Assembly (NCBI GenBank): GCA_963707955.1
Contig: OY970176.1
Coordinates: forward strand, 2,208,001 to 2,272,000
DNA length: 64,000 nt
Reading direction: 5' to 3'
DNA from: Candidatus Bathyarchaeota archaeon
GTDB lineage: Archaea > Thermoproteota > Bathyarchaeia > Bathyarchaeales > Bathycorpusculaceae
The position numbers and the translations under genes are program-made. Position 1 is the first letter of the stretch. The number at the start of each line of letters is the position of its first letter. Below are positions 52,183 to 61,741 of this stretch, one piece after another. The notes under the pieces were generated by a model. The model made no database searches. It was not told the origin of the DNA and saw only the letters and a list, made by a program, of their open reading frames with translations.

Positions 52183-52656
52183 ATGCGTCTCAGTCAACGT
52201 GTAGTACTTGAAGAACCGCAACCTGTCGCAGAGCATCAGAGATGTTTTCTAAGTGGAGATAGATACATCATGGATGCAGATCTCTTGGATAATTCCAAGC
52301 GTCGCGCGAGACTAAGACGCGTGCGTGAAGTATGGAAGCCAAATCATTGGTTCCCTGATGAAAGAATATACTTGGTGCATTCAGTCGCTCCAAACTTCTA
52401 TCGACGTGGCGATACGACATGGTCTATTGTTTTAGATGAAGAAAGCGAGACTGACTTAACTGAAACAATTCAAAAGAAGCTGAGAATCAGAAAGACAGAG
52501 GCAGCAGCAATAAAGGATAAACTTTACGAGGAAATTGACCAAATAGCTCAGGCTCGGAACGTTGAACGGTTTTCCTCAAACGAAAAAGACCAGCTAGTAT
52601 TAGCAATAATCAAGACCGCTGACAGTTTGTTGAAGAAGACACTTGATACAAAGTAG
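52183..52656 (+). CDS. Hypothetical protein (alternative start ATG 52270)
   Basis: 157-aa ORF between two co-oriented genes, gaps of 8 and 14 nt. Confidence 0.55.
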   Translation: MRLSQRVVLEEPQPVAEHQRCFLSGDRYIMDADLLDNSKRRARLRRVREVWKPNHWFPDERIYLVHSVAPNFYRRGDTTWSIVLDEESETDLTETIQKKLRIRKTEAAAIKDKLYEEIDQIAQARNVERFSSNEKDQLVLAIIKTADSLLKKTLDTK

Positions 52657-52670
52657 TCGGAGGCTGGCAC

Positions 52671-53753
52671 TTGTCATCCTCGGAAGACAAGCAGTCATCC
52701 TTTGCCTATCTTCTCTTGTCATTCCTCGAAGGAAAATTGTTAGAGAAGAATATTGAGATTCCCAAATCTTCTCGTGACATTCTTAATGTAGCAGTGGATG
52801 AGGCTGTCAACCAATATGTCACTATGCATGGCAAAGATATGACGATTGAACCTTTGTCACTTTTTGAGACGGTTTTCATGCTAGGTTTGGAATTCCGCCG
52901 TAAAAATCCTCCAATCATTCTTGTTCGCACCTATCAAGTTGGTTTTGAATCAAAAAAGAAGTCTCCTTATTCAATTGTAGTAGTGCAACCACGTGTTCCT
53001 TCTCAGGATCAGTTTAGAGAAAAGGTTACCAATAATGGAAAACTTTGTATCATTAAAGAAGAAGCGGCTGAAGACATAATGCAGCAACTTTCAGAGATTG
53101 CTGAGAAGCTTGAAGAAAGAGTTGATTTTGTCTGTTTTCCTGAACTATCATTCTTTGATAAGAAAGAAACCTACGATGTTTTGAGCAAAATTGGAAAGGA
53201 AAAAGATTGTTTCATAATAGCAGGATCTTTTCACGATGAAAAGACAGAATCTAATATCTCTGTGATTTTTTCACCCCAAGGAAACTGGTTCAATCAGAGC
53301 AAAATCTTCAGATCCAAAAACGAAGGTATCAATGAGAAACCAATAGAATACTTGAACGAGTTTGATTTCCTTGAAGGAAGATTTTGTGTGTTGATTTGTA
53401 TCGATTCAGAAAGAGAGGATATCAGACAGATACTCAAAGAGAGACTGAAAGACCGCAAGTGCCCTGTGCTAGTCTTCAACCCATCACACACCGAACACCC
53501 AAAAAGGGCGACGGAGCTGCTAGCAAACAATCTCATGGTGCTGATTTCTGCGGCAATAGTTTTCTGTAATACTAACCAGAAAGGGGGTTCAACGGTACTT
53601 GTTCCTTTTGTTGAACTCAAAGATAGAAAATTCCGACTCTTCGAACTACCTCCTTCCGCCAAGACTGAGATTGGAAACGCCCAAGTTGATGTTAACCTCC
53701 TTATGGAAAATAGATTGTCAAAACAAAATGGTGTGGTTTCCATGACGAGATAA
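52671..53753 (+). CDS. Carbon-nitrogen hydrolase (nitrilase superfamily) with ~100-aa N-terminal extension
   Basis: FPELS (Glu), QSKIF (Lys), LICID (Cys) triad; IIAGS; N...GGS; GGAGG RBS. Confidence 0.8.
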   Translation: MSSSEDKQSSFAYLLLSFLEGKLLEKNIEIPKSSRDILNVAVDEAVNQYVTMHGKDMTIEPLSLFETVFMLGLEFRRKNPPIILVRTYQVGFESKKKSPYSIVVVQPRVPSQDQFREKVTNNGKLCIIKEEAAEDIMQQLSEIAEKLEERVDFVCFPELSFFDKKETYDVLSKIGKEKDCFIIAGSFHDEKTESNISVIFSPQGNWFNQSKIFRSKNEGINEKPIEYLNEFDFLEGRFCVLICIDSEREDIRQILKERLKDRKCPVLVFNPSHTEHPKRATELLANNLMVLISAAIVFCNTNQKGGSTVLVPFVELKDRKFRLFELPPSAKTEIGNAQVDVNLLMENRLSKQNGVVSMTR

Positions 53754-53906
53754 GACTGCGAGCCGTCAAGGAAAGGATTTGCGCCCGCGCAAAATCACAG
53801 ACTGAACAGTGTTATGTGTTTTTCGTTTTATGCGTGTGTGTGTTTTTTATTTGTTTGTTTTTTTAGAGAGAGAGTGAGTGAGAGAGTTAGTAGGAGAGAG
53901 AGAAAA

Positions 53907-53923
53907 GGACAAAACTTTACCCC
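53907..53923 (+). repeat. Quasi-palindromic site, copy B
   Basis: GGACAAAACTTTACCCC, followed by CA-rich arm. Confidence 0.7.
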
Positions 53924-54199
53924 CCCACACACACAACAACTTTGGTTCGTGGCTTTTTGGGGTGCCTCGCTGGTCGCTCGGCACCTTTTTCTAAGCAGCA
54001 GGATGACCAGCTATCCTCTTTGAGGCAAAAAACAGACGCTGGTACGCTGATAAAAGAGGTGGGGCATGAGGCACAGCAAATAACCCTACCCACGCTCAAT
54101 AGGAGAATAATATACCCGTTAGAGGCTCTAAAGGGTATATTTCGAGACGTTTTCAGCTCAATTTGATGGCGAATAGAGAATACTCCAAAGCTACTGGAA

Positions 54200-54371
54200 A
54201 ATCATTAAGAAAACAGCGGTTTACGACAAGGCTCTTGGCAAATTTACAGACGAAGACTCACGCAAAGAAGGTTTCGAAGACATAGCCGAATGCAAGCAGT
54301 TCTGGAAGGAAAACATTGACGCGTGGAATCCCGACAGAATCGTCTGGATTCATGAACATGAATTAGTCTAA
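54200..54371 (+). pseudogene. ASCH-domain protein remnant
   Basis: LGKFTDEDSRKEGF.......FWKE....WNPDRIVWIHE is a typical ASCH C-terminus; 5' part scrambled. Confidence 0.6.
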
Positions 54372-54397
54372 GCACACGCCGATTACACTTCATACGC

Positions 54398-55249
54398 TTA
54401 TTCCGTGACCTCGGGTGTATCCGCGAGCACTTTCGAGAAGGAGTTTGCTATCGAATTGACTACCTCTTGGTTAGTGGAAACAATCCCTGCTTCCCAAGAA
54501 ACACCAGCCGATGAATCTGCAAAGAAATTCATTGAAGATATAATAGCTATTGCACGGTCAACTACGATTAATTTCGCGTGTACTTTGGCATCATAAAATA
54601 ATGAAATGCCTTCCTGTTTGAGTTTTGAGTGATAATCCTGCCTTTTCTTAAGATATTCAGGATGCTTGTCCTCTGGAGGGCGAGTAATAATTTGAACGTT
54701 GATTCCGTTTTTACTCGCTTCTATCAACGTATTGCTGAGGTCACAATCTTGAATGTAAGGATTTGCTGTGAGAACATCGAATTTGGCGTGAGAGATTAAT
54801 TCTTTTGAAAAATCATCTAGATGTCTTCGCTCGAGGAAGAAATGTTCATGCTCAATGGAAAAATCAAGATTCCTAATTTCTTTCCATTGCGCTATCCATT
54901 TGACGAGTTCGGTCCTCGGATTATACAACTCCGAATAAATCTGAAAACGTTCGTCAGATATGTAATACTTGCTCTCAGCGTTAGTGTTGCTCTCGATTTT
55001 ATGAATGTCTTCTGAGGAGATAAGTTCGAAAAGTGCCCTGTTCAATGATTTCTTGCCCAAACCAGTTACTTCTTGGATTTCTCTCCAAGTCAAGGGTCTG
55101 CCATTTTGGACAATCGCTCTGATGACTAAACCTTGCCATGACCGAGGTCTCCACTTTGGTCTGGCTGTCGCTTCGCTCTCCAAAGTTGGCTTCTCGGATT
55201 GTTTAATCATTCTGCGGAGCAAGAATAACTCCTGTAACTCTATCATCAT
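54398..55249 (-). CDS. wHTH fused to a phospholipase D-family (HKD) nuclease domain
   Basis: LTWREIQEVTGL....LNRAL.EL wHTH; NPYI; HAKLIVVD....IISSMNF. Confidence 0.8.
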   Translation of the reverse strand: MMIELQELFLLRRMIKQSEKPTLESEATARPKWRPRSWQGLVIRAIVQNGRPLTWREIQEVTGLGKKSLNRALFELISSEDIHKIESNTNAESKYYISDERFQIYSELYNPRTELVKWIAQWKEIRNLDFSIEHEHFFLERRHLDDFSKELISHAKFDVLTANPYIQDCDLSNTLIEASKNGINVQIITRPPEDKHPEYLKKRQDYHSKLKQEGISLFYDAKVHAKLIVVDRAIAIISSMNFFADSSAGVSWEAGIVSTNQEVVNSIANSFSKVLADTPEVTE

Positions 55250-55425
55250 ACGATTTCTTATAACAATAATGCAGTCATAATCTATAGCACAACTAACGGA
55301 TGCATCGCTTCAAAAATACCTTGGCACCTCTATCATTTTCTTGATCATAAAATGCCCTTCTTTTTGGTATGCCTTGAACATAAGTAAGTAGGCTCTCAAT
55401 GAGAATTAGCAATGTGGTGGTTGTT

Positions 55426-55442
55426 GGGGTAAAGTTTTACCC
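55426..55442 (-). repeat. Quasi-palindromic site, copy C (inverted)
   Basis: GGGGTAAAGTTTTACCC within hairpin-capable GGTTGTT...CCAAACC. Confidence 0.7.
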
Positions 55443-55689
55443 AAACCAAACCTGACGACGATGTGCTACGTGGAAACAGAATGGCTTCTGAAAGGCAGTA
55501 TACACGATTCAGAGCATAGTGGTTGATCTCTGCAAAAGAGGCTATTACGGGAAATCAGATCATAATAGGGTAGGGATATAGGTAGTATCGGAATCGAGTA
55601 TACGGCCCCCTTTGCGCAGAAGGATTGCGAGAGATGTGTTTGTTCTTTCTGTTTCATAATAGAACAGATTGTTTTGATTGTTATCGAGA

Positions 55690-56775
55690 TCATGAATCGG
55701 CAAGTTTCGTCTCAAGCAGTTCCAGTGTCTTGCTTATGCCGAATGAGCCCTTAATGGGGACTATTCGCTTTTCTTTGGAGAGTGCGCCCCTCAGCTTTGC
55801 TTGAGGAACCAATCTTCGGATTGCTTTTGTAGGCGCTGTAGAGATAACAAAAAGCTGGAGAGACCTATTTGCCACCAGAGACTCATTGATTATTGTATTA
55901 ATCTTCTCGTGCCTGAATGCAAAGCCGACGATGATGCAAATATCCGTCTGCGTGAGTTTATTTTTGAATCTGGCAAACATATCGCCGTACGGATATGGGT
56001 TTTCAGTGTTCGGCTTCCTGCCAAAAAGAACAAACTCGTTGTTTCGGTAAAGTATGGTGTTTGGCGGAACTGGAAACTGTACGGTTATCACCTCAATCTT
56101 TTCTGTCTGTTTGTTCCATACCCAGTTCAGGGAACCATGAAGCTTCGTCAGTGTATATTTTTCGCTGGATGTGGGGGTCACCTGTGGCTCCAAAGTATGT
56201 TCTAGGACCGCATACCTCAGAGCATGCCCAGACTGATCGCAATAATCCTCTATCACGTGATCATAGTTGGTCGTGAATATCTCGAATTCAGGTTTGTTCG
56301 CCATATACGTTTTCATCAAGGAAAAGAAGCGACCGTAATAGTCTTTGATATCATCGAAAAACCCTTGTTTTCGCTGATAATTTGAGAAAGTAGCGGCAGT
56401 TATTTTTTCTTCAAGAGCTCTTGCTAGTCTAACTATCTTATGCCATTCAATTGTACCTTGAAGAGGGTAAGGATGACTATCTTTTCCGAAATCTACAGAC
56501 TCTTTGTACCGTTCAAAGAAATTGTGCATGGAAGAGGCTGTCGAGAGCCGATCTATCTCAAACAGCGAATCGAGAATCTCAACAATATGTTCAATGTCTC
56601 TCACACCGTGCAATTGGCGGAGGGACGACAAGAAACTTCTCTCTTCATCCTTCAAAGTTTTTGAGAAATTTTCCATAAAAGCCTTCGTAGCAGGACAACC
56701 AAACTTTGCAGAAACCCCTGCTCCCAAGAATATTATGATGCTTTTCGAGTGTCCATTATCGACCCTAAGTGACAT
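55690..56775 (-). CDS. SIR2-like (SIR2_2) protein, putative NAD+-cleaving defence effector
   Basis: FLGAGVS..FG.P, FTTNYD, KLHGSLNW, IVGFAF. Confidence 0.85.
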   Translation of the reverse strand: MSLRVDNGHSKSIIIFLGAGVSAKFGCPATKAFMENFSKTLKDEERSFLSSLRQLHGVRDIEHIVEILDSLFEIDRLSTASSMHNFFERYKESVDFGKDSHPYPLQGTIEWHKIVRLARALEEKITAATFSNYQRKQGFFDDIKDYYGRFFSLMKTYMANKPEFEIFTTNYDHVIEDYCDQSGHALRYAVLEHTLEPQVTPTSSEKYTLTKLHGSLNWVWNKQTEKIEVITVQFPVPPNTILYRNNEFVLFGRKPNTENPYPYGDMFARFKNKLTQTDICIIVGFAFRHEKINTIINESLVANRSLQLFVISTAPTKAIRRLVPQAKLRGALSKEKRIVPIKGSFGISKTLELLETKLADS

Positions 56776-56848
56776 GTGACTAGATTGCTACGGAGACAAG
56801 AAAACGCTTTCGGTTTGTGTTTCTTGGCAGAAATAGTATCTATTTGCA

Positions 56849-58489
56849 TCAGCTCTCCTGAAAGAAGAAAAGATTATCATTCCGAATAGAATCTCTCAAT
56901 TTAACCAGCAGATTAAAGTGCTCGTGAAGCTTCGTTTCTTCTGCTTCTTTTTCTACTGTTTCTATATCTTTTTTCATTGGGAATCCTTCCATTCCTATAT
57001 CCACAGGATATTCTTTCCTTCGGAATTTTGCTATTTTTTGAACACAAATATTGAAGAATCTGATTTCCGACAATAAACGCATGGCAAGATCGAGCACTTT
57101 GTTGTCATAGACTGACTTTATCCAACCCTCAGTTTCGTCTGATTTCGACAATAGTCTCAATTCAATGAAACCAGACGGAGATGACGCAAACTGAAAATGT
57201 CTGATTTCATTTATCTTGGCACTTGTAATGAATAATTCTTTGGTAACGTCGTTGAAAAACAGTCGAAAATCGTGGCAAGGGAAAAACAGTTTATCCCTGC
57301 TCAGTGATGCGACTAAACCCAGTTTGATTCTTTTAGGTATTGACTTTCCGTAATACTCACTTTCAAACACTGAGTTGTTCTGATACAATTTCCTGAAATG
57401 GGAAGGCAGAAACAAAGATTTTTCTAATTCCACACATTTCTTGAAAAGCTTTCTCAAGCTTTTTTCAGCTTTCTGCAGATCTATTTCATCGAAATTATCA
57501 AGAGGAAATGTTATACTGAAATCAAAGTTCTTTGGCAATTTGATTCTTGTCAAGCTAGGGGCCTTTCCGCAAATCTGTTTTAGGGTAGAAAACTCGGATA
57601 TGTTCTTCGTTTTGTATTCGCCTTGCAGCATGAAATCGTCTAACCTGAATTTCTCGATTTTTGGTATGAACGAAAAAACGCCCGAGCTACCTGAGGGTCG
57701 ACCCCAATCTTGCAGTTCATCGGCCAAAATGAGGACAGACAATATTTTCTCTTTTGATGCTTTGATTTTCCTTGTGCCGCGGGAGCTATGAAAAGCAATG
57801 GCTCTGATTACGTCCTCATATTTCTTAATTAGATTCGCATCTTGTTTTAGATAAGATGTGAACTCTAATGCACTCAATATGCCATGGTCAAATTCCTTAG
57901 TTTTGTATTCCTGCAGGATCTCTGGCGGCAAAGATGAGAATTTCTCGATATCAAATCGCAATTTCTTTTCCGCATTCAATAATGCTTCCGAAGCTATATT
58001 GTAACAGTCTTTTATCGCATTTATAGAGAATCGGATGCTCTGGTCTATGTCAGCCAAAGGATATGCGACATCATGGAAAAGGGAAGCCAGGAGCAACTTA
58101 TCCAGATCTTGCGGAGACAAATTGAAAGGGGATTTTTGGCCAATAGCTCTGCCCAATAATGCAACGCGTATCGTATGATTTAGATGATCACGGTAAAATT
58201 TCCTTGCTAACCCTCGAGTTGATATTGTTATTTGCTCCAAACTGGTTAACGCATTACCTAATCGTTTCGACCTCATTCTTCCTTTCGAACTGCAGTCTGC
58301 ACCTAAGATCTTGAGAATCAAATTACTCATTAAGGAGGCTGCTTTCGTTTTCTGCATCTCATAATCAGTTATTTCATTCCAATCTTCTATTTCAGAGCAG
58401 ATGTCTTGGGGCCATTTCCCTAGCTCTATTATCTTTTTGTCGAAAAGCAAACTGACTACGAACGGGTTTTGCTTCGATATGTCTTCCAT
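56849..58489 (-). CDS. Large HD-superfamily phosphohydrolase
   Basis: YRDH..H..RV, LFHDVAYP, DHGILSA, IAFH, LILADELQDWGR. Confidence 0.8.
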   Translation of the reverse strand: MEDISKQNPFVVSLLFDKKIIELGKWPQDICSEIEDWNEITDYEMQKTKAASLMSNLILKILGADCSSKGRMRSKRLGNALTSLEQITISTRGLARKFYRDHLNHTIRVALLGRAIGQKSPFNLSPQDLDKLLLASLFHDVAYPLADIDQSIRFSINAIKDCYNIASEALLNAEKKLRFDIEKFSSLPPEILQEYKTKEFDHGILSALEFTSYLKQDANLIKKYEDVIRAIAFHSSRGTRKIKASKEKILSVLILADELQDWGRPSGSSGVFSFIPKIEKFRLDDFMLQGEYKTKNISEFSTLKQICGKAPSLTRIKLPKNFDFSITFPLDNFDEIDLQKAEKSLRKLFKKCVELEKSLFLPSHFRKLYQNNSVFESEYYGKSIPKRIKLGLVASLSRDKLFFPCHDFRLFFNDVTKELFITSAKINEIRHFQFASSPSGFIELRLLSKSDETEGWIKSVYDNKVLDLAMRLLSEIRFFNICVQKIAKFRRKEYPVDIGMEGFPMKKDIETVEKEAEETKLHEHFNLLVKLRDSIRNDNLFFFQES

Positions 58490-58515
58490 TGAGTTGTACT
58501 ATAGATTCACTAGTG

Positions 58516-58525
58516 TTATATATAA
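58516..58525. promoter_or_regulatory. Palindromic TATA box, candidate bidirectional promoter
   Basis: TTATATATAA centred in the 65-bp gap between divergent ATGs at 58489 (-) and 58555 (+). Confidence 0.55.
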
Positions 58526-58554
58526 TGATTCGAAAGCCTATATTCAGAGGCAGG

Positions 58555-58923
58555 ATGAAATCTATGGGACATCGAAGGGAAGTTTTCAGACCCAGATCTA
58601 CAAAGACGATAAAGAATAGAATTCAACAATCACTCAAAGAGGGGAGGTTTGCAGAAGCTGCCAACATTGCTGCTTTCAGTTATTCATCCAGGCCTATTGC
58701 AGATGATTTCGCCATTTCAATGTTGGCCACAGCCGAAGCTATCACCCTGGGCCGACAAATAAACTGGAAAAAGATTACTGAAGATCTAGTTTCTGCAGGT
58801 ATATCTATCGCTGAACGGAAACTCAATTCGAGAGTCAACAGAAAACGCCTCTCAATAGTCTTTGAATCCATAGCCCGTTCGGTTGAACGCGCTAGAAAAG
58901 AGGAGAGTGCGCGAGATGAGTGA
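58555..58923 (+). CDS. Hypothetical small helical protein (alternative start ATG 58564, MGHRR...)
   Basis: First gene of three overlapping ORFs ending in the QueC-like gene. Confidence 0.6.
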   Translation: MKSMGHRREVFRPRSTKTIKNRIQQSLKEGRFAEAANIAAFSYSSRPIADDFAISMLATAEAITLGRQINWKKITEDLVSAGISIAERKLNSRVNRKRLSIVFESIARSVERARKEESARDE

Positions 58924-59266
58924 TCTTGACATTCTCCTTCTGAAAAGCGTAGCTAAAGAAATCATCGAGCATGTTTGGAAAACGGAATTCTACAACGATG
59001 CTGAGAATTATATTTTATACAAAGATTCTAGACGGAAAAAAAACCCTAGGTCGGAGGATGAGATAAGACAGATCGATTCCGAATTGAGTAGATTAAAGAA
59101 CGATCTAATTGACGAAATAGTTGAAGAGTTCAATGCGAACGGGATAAACTCCATGGAGGATATTTCAAAATCCTATGGAAAAGTCCGGGAAATATGTTAC
59201 AAGAAATTTGAAGAGCATAGGAGGCGACTTTGGGATGTCGTTAAACCTGGATTCCCTTCTAAGTGA
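58916..59266 (+). CDS. Hypothetical charged helical protein
   Basis: ATGAGTGA overlap with the upstream stop; AGGAG RBS. Confidence 0.62.
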   Translation: MSDLDILLLKSVAKEIIEHVWKTEFYNDAENYILYKDSRRKKNPRSEDEIRQIDSELSRLKNDLIDEIVEEFNANGINSMEDISKSYGKVREICYKKFEEHRRRLWDVVKPGFPSK

Positions 59267-60533
59267 ACATCTGGCAGAAACATCCCCCTTAAGACAATTT
59301 TTCTGGCGAAAAGAAAGGAAAGCAGACGGAATTAGTTATCCTATACCTCTCAAAGAACAATATGTAGATTTCTTGAGACTTGTTTTGGGGCTTCATATAA
59401 TAGAAATCAGACATCTTGAATACGTCAAAGAACTGAGAATGGAAACAAGCTATCCGGATGATTTTCTTTCTATAGTCAATGATTGCGAGTCACTTTTCTA
59501 TTTGTTGGCAAATATGAAGGTAAACCTCAAGATTATTCCAAGCAGTTCCAGACATAGCTGGAGAAAAATCGATGAAGGTACTTTATATAAAGATATCGTT
59601 CCATTTTCCGGTGGATTAGACAGTCTATGTGGCGCTCTTAGTTCATCAAAACATTCAAGAATCATTCTGTCTCACTGCAAGACGAATCTGGTCATCTTTG
59701 GCAAGGTTTTGAAACTTTCAGACATGAATTCTTTCAAAAGGTCCGTTTTATATTGTATGGATGCTACGTCCAAAACACCGATAGCTGGAGTATCCGATAC
59801 GAGGGGATTACTTTTCCTTTCATTCGCTTATGCAATTGCTGCTTCTTTGGACCTAAGATACGTGACATTTTGCGAAAATGGCTCGCAGATGCTTGACGTG
59901 ATGCTAGGTTCATTAGTCTATCCGAATAAACCCGCCACGAAGAATACAAACCCAGTCTATATTGACAAAATTGAGAGCATTTTCAGCAACTTCTATGATA
60001 AAACCTTCAAAATCGAATGCCCTTTCAAGGACATGACAAAGGCTGAAATGCTTCTTCCATTAAAAAATGAAATAAGATTCGAAGATACTTACTCATGTTT
60101 CAGCCCAAGGGGCAGGGCTGCAATGTGCGGGGAATGCTATAACTGCTTCGTAAGAAGACTATCCTTATTGGCAATAAACGTCGCAGAGAAAAATAATGTG
60201 TATGAAGTAAATCCTTTCACGGTTACGCATGAAATACATCACGAGGGAAGCGCTCCGTCAACGAACATCCTATTTCATTTCTTAAGGTTCTATAGCCAAA
60301 TACTAATGAGGAATTCCTCTTCGATGAATGAGATAGAAGTAAGCTCAAGAGGCTATTTTAGAGACCCCTTGGATTTGGCTACTCGATTCGCCGAAGATGT
60401 ATTTCTAGGTGTCAATGGACTATTAGGCGCGATTGGTGAAAACCAGTTGAACGCACTAGGAAAAAAAGCAAGAGAGTTGCTTGATCAGCTTGACAAGAAA
60501 ACCCTGAGAGAAAGAAAAGAGGAATTGACCTGA
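59235..60533 (+). CDS. QueC-family PP-loop ATPase (QatC/Cap9-like, extended)
   Basis: FSGGLDS PP-loop, CENG, PF..MTKAEM, TYSC and CGECYNCFVRR zinc site; ~430 aa with N- and C-terminal extensions. Confidence 0.82.
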   Translation: MSLNLDSLLSEHLAETSPLRQFFWRKERKADGISYPIPLKEQYVDFLRLVLGLHIIEIRHLEYVKELRMETSYPDDFLSIVNDCESLFYLLANMKVNLKIIPSSSRHSWRKIDEGTLYKDIVPFSGGLDSLCGALSSSKHSRIILSHCKTNLVIFGKVLKLSDMNSFKRSVLYCMDATSKTPIAGVSDTRGLLFLSFAYAIAASLDLRYVTFCENGSQMLDVMLGSLVYPNKPATKNTNPVYIDKIESIFSNFYDKTFKIECPFKDMTKAEMLLPLKNEIRFEDTYSCFSPRGRAAMCGECYNCFVRRLSLLAINVAEKNNVYEVNPFTVTHEIHHEGSAPSTNILFHFLRFYSQILMRNSSSMNEIEVSSRGYFRDPLDLATRFAEDVFLGVNGLLGAIGENQLNALGKKARELLDQLDKKTLRERKEELT

Positions 60534-60808
60534 TTGGCACCTAGGGGATAATACGCCAAACGAACGTGGCGCACTATCACTTAGAATGTCCTTTCAAGAG
60601 TTCTCGCGCGCGCTATTTGCAATCTTTCGGTTCTAGGAGGTATTTGGGAATTGGTATGGCAGATGCTCTAGATAAAATACTTCAATATGTGGACGTAACT
60701 GTGAAAGAAATCTGTCTTCGTTCATTTCTGGATCTGGATTCACCAGAGCTTTGATTAGCTGTTCTTTATGAAAGTCCTTTAGATTTGGATCTCTCTTGTA
60801 GCGTGCGC

Positions 60809-61741
60809 TCAGATAATCACTGGTTTATTTTTTTGCTTATTTGTTCTTTGTTCCAGTTTTATTAGGACCAGACTTAGTAGTGCCATCGTCGTTGTTCCAA
60901 TGACTATCGGAATCCAATTGGCGGATACAGCCTCAAGATTCGCCCATATGCCCATTCGATAAAGAACAAGCCAAATACCAAGGCAGACAAGACCTGCAAC
61001 GAAAAGGGGTTTTTTCCAGATGTTGCGGTGCTTGATCATCGTTTGGGGAATTATTTTTAGAGGCTCTTTTCTATCTCTCCGGTCTAGTTCGCCCGACCAA
61101 TAAACTAGTCCGAAAAATGCGAACCCTGCAACAAACGGATAGTAAAATGACCATGGTTTGGCGAAGACCTCTAGATTCGATCCATTTGGCACTAGCAACC
61201 AGATTATTGAAAGGAATATTGCTCCTAAAAGGAAACCGCGATCTAATAGGTGACTGTTAAGTGCTGGTCCGTATATTCTCCGCCACGGTGTAGGCTGGTC
61301 ACCGGGCAAGCGAAGATCTGGATCTGCTTGTTCTATGATGCCTCTAGGGTCTTCTTGAAAGAAGTAGACTTTTCCATTTTCAATAGGAAGCTGTGGATTT
61401 CCATCAGCATCAATTGTGCCGCGTTTAACCCATCTTGTTAGGGGATAGAACCATTCACAGCCTCTATCTTTTGCGGTGGTAAACGAGTCCTGCAAGGCGT
61501 GCATAAAAATACCGAGTGAAAAGAAAGGGCTCAAAAGAAACCCTGCCGCCATCACAAACACATTATGAAACCTTGCCCTGTGAGGTTGTTCATCTCGATA
61601 TTTCTTTGCTCGAACAAACCAATACTCTCTGTCCAAATCGGGGACAAAGGCTCCGAGACAAACGAGTAGCGCGGCGTCAGCACGACCAAAGAAAATTAGC
61701 CCTACAGCAAAAGCAAATACAACATGCGTTGTTAACTCCAA
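60809..61741 (-). CDS. Membrane-bound metal-dependent hydrolase (YdjM-like)
   Basis: TH, PDLD, HRARFH, H.LQD motifs plus TM helices. Confidence 0.75.
   Translation of the reverse strand: MELTTHVVFAFAVGLIFFGRADAALLVCLGAFVPDLDREYWFVRAKKYRDEQPHRARFHNVFVMAAGFLLSPFFSLGIFMHALQDSFTTAKDRGCEWFYPLTRWVKRGTIDADGNPQLPIENGKVYFFQEDPRGIIEQADPDLRLPGDQPTPWRRIYGPALNSHLLDRGFLLGAIFLSIIWLLVPNGSNLEVFAKPWSFYYPFVAGFAFFGLVYWSGELDRRDRKEPLKIIPQTMIKHRNIWKKPLFVAGLVCLGIWLVLYRMGIWANLEAVSANWIPIVIGTTTMALLSLVLIKLEQRTNKQKNKPVII

Larger units (their letters stand above)
50304..53908. repeat. ~75-bp imperfect inverted repeats flanking a 3.5-kb module
   Basis: 50304-50378 (CCTTTTTCTCTCTCCTGCTAACTCTCTCGCTCACTCTCTCTAAAAAAACAAACAAATAAAAAACACACACACGCA) is nearly the reverse complement of 53831-53908. 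Confidence 0.85.

Noticed and set aside
50191-54023. ORFs 50191-50373 (-) and 53814-54023 (+) as paralogous proteins
   Set aside because: Their similarity (CFLFVCFFRERVSERVSRRE) is just translation of the low-complexity inverted repeats
43758-60533. QueG-like and QueC-like genes as one queuosine/archaeosine pathway cluster
   Set aside because: 13 kb apart in different compositional contexts; no queD/queE/tgt; the QueC is the long defence-type form
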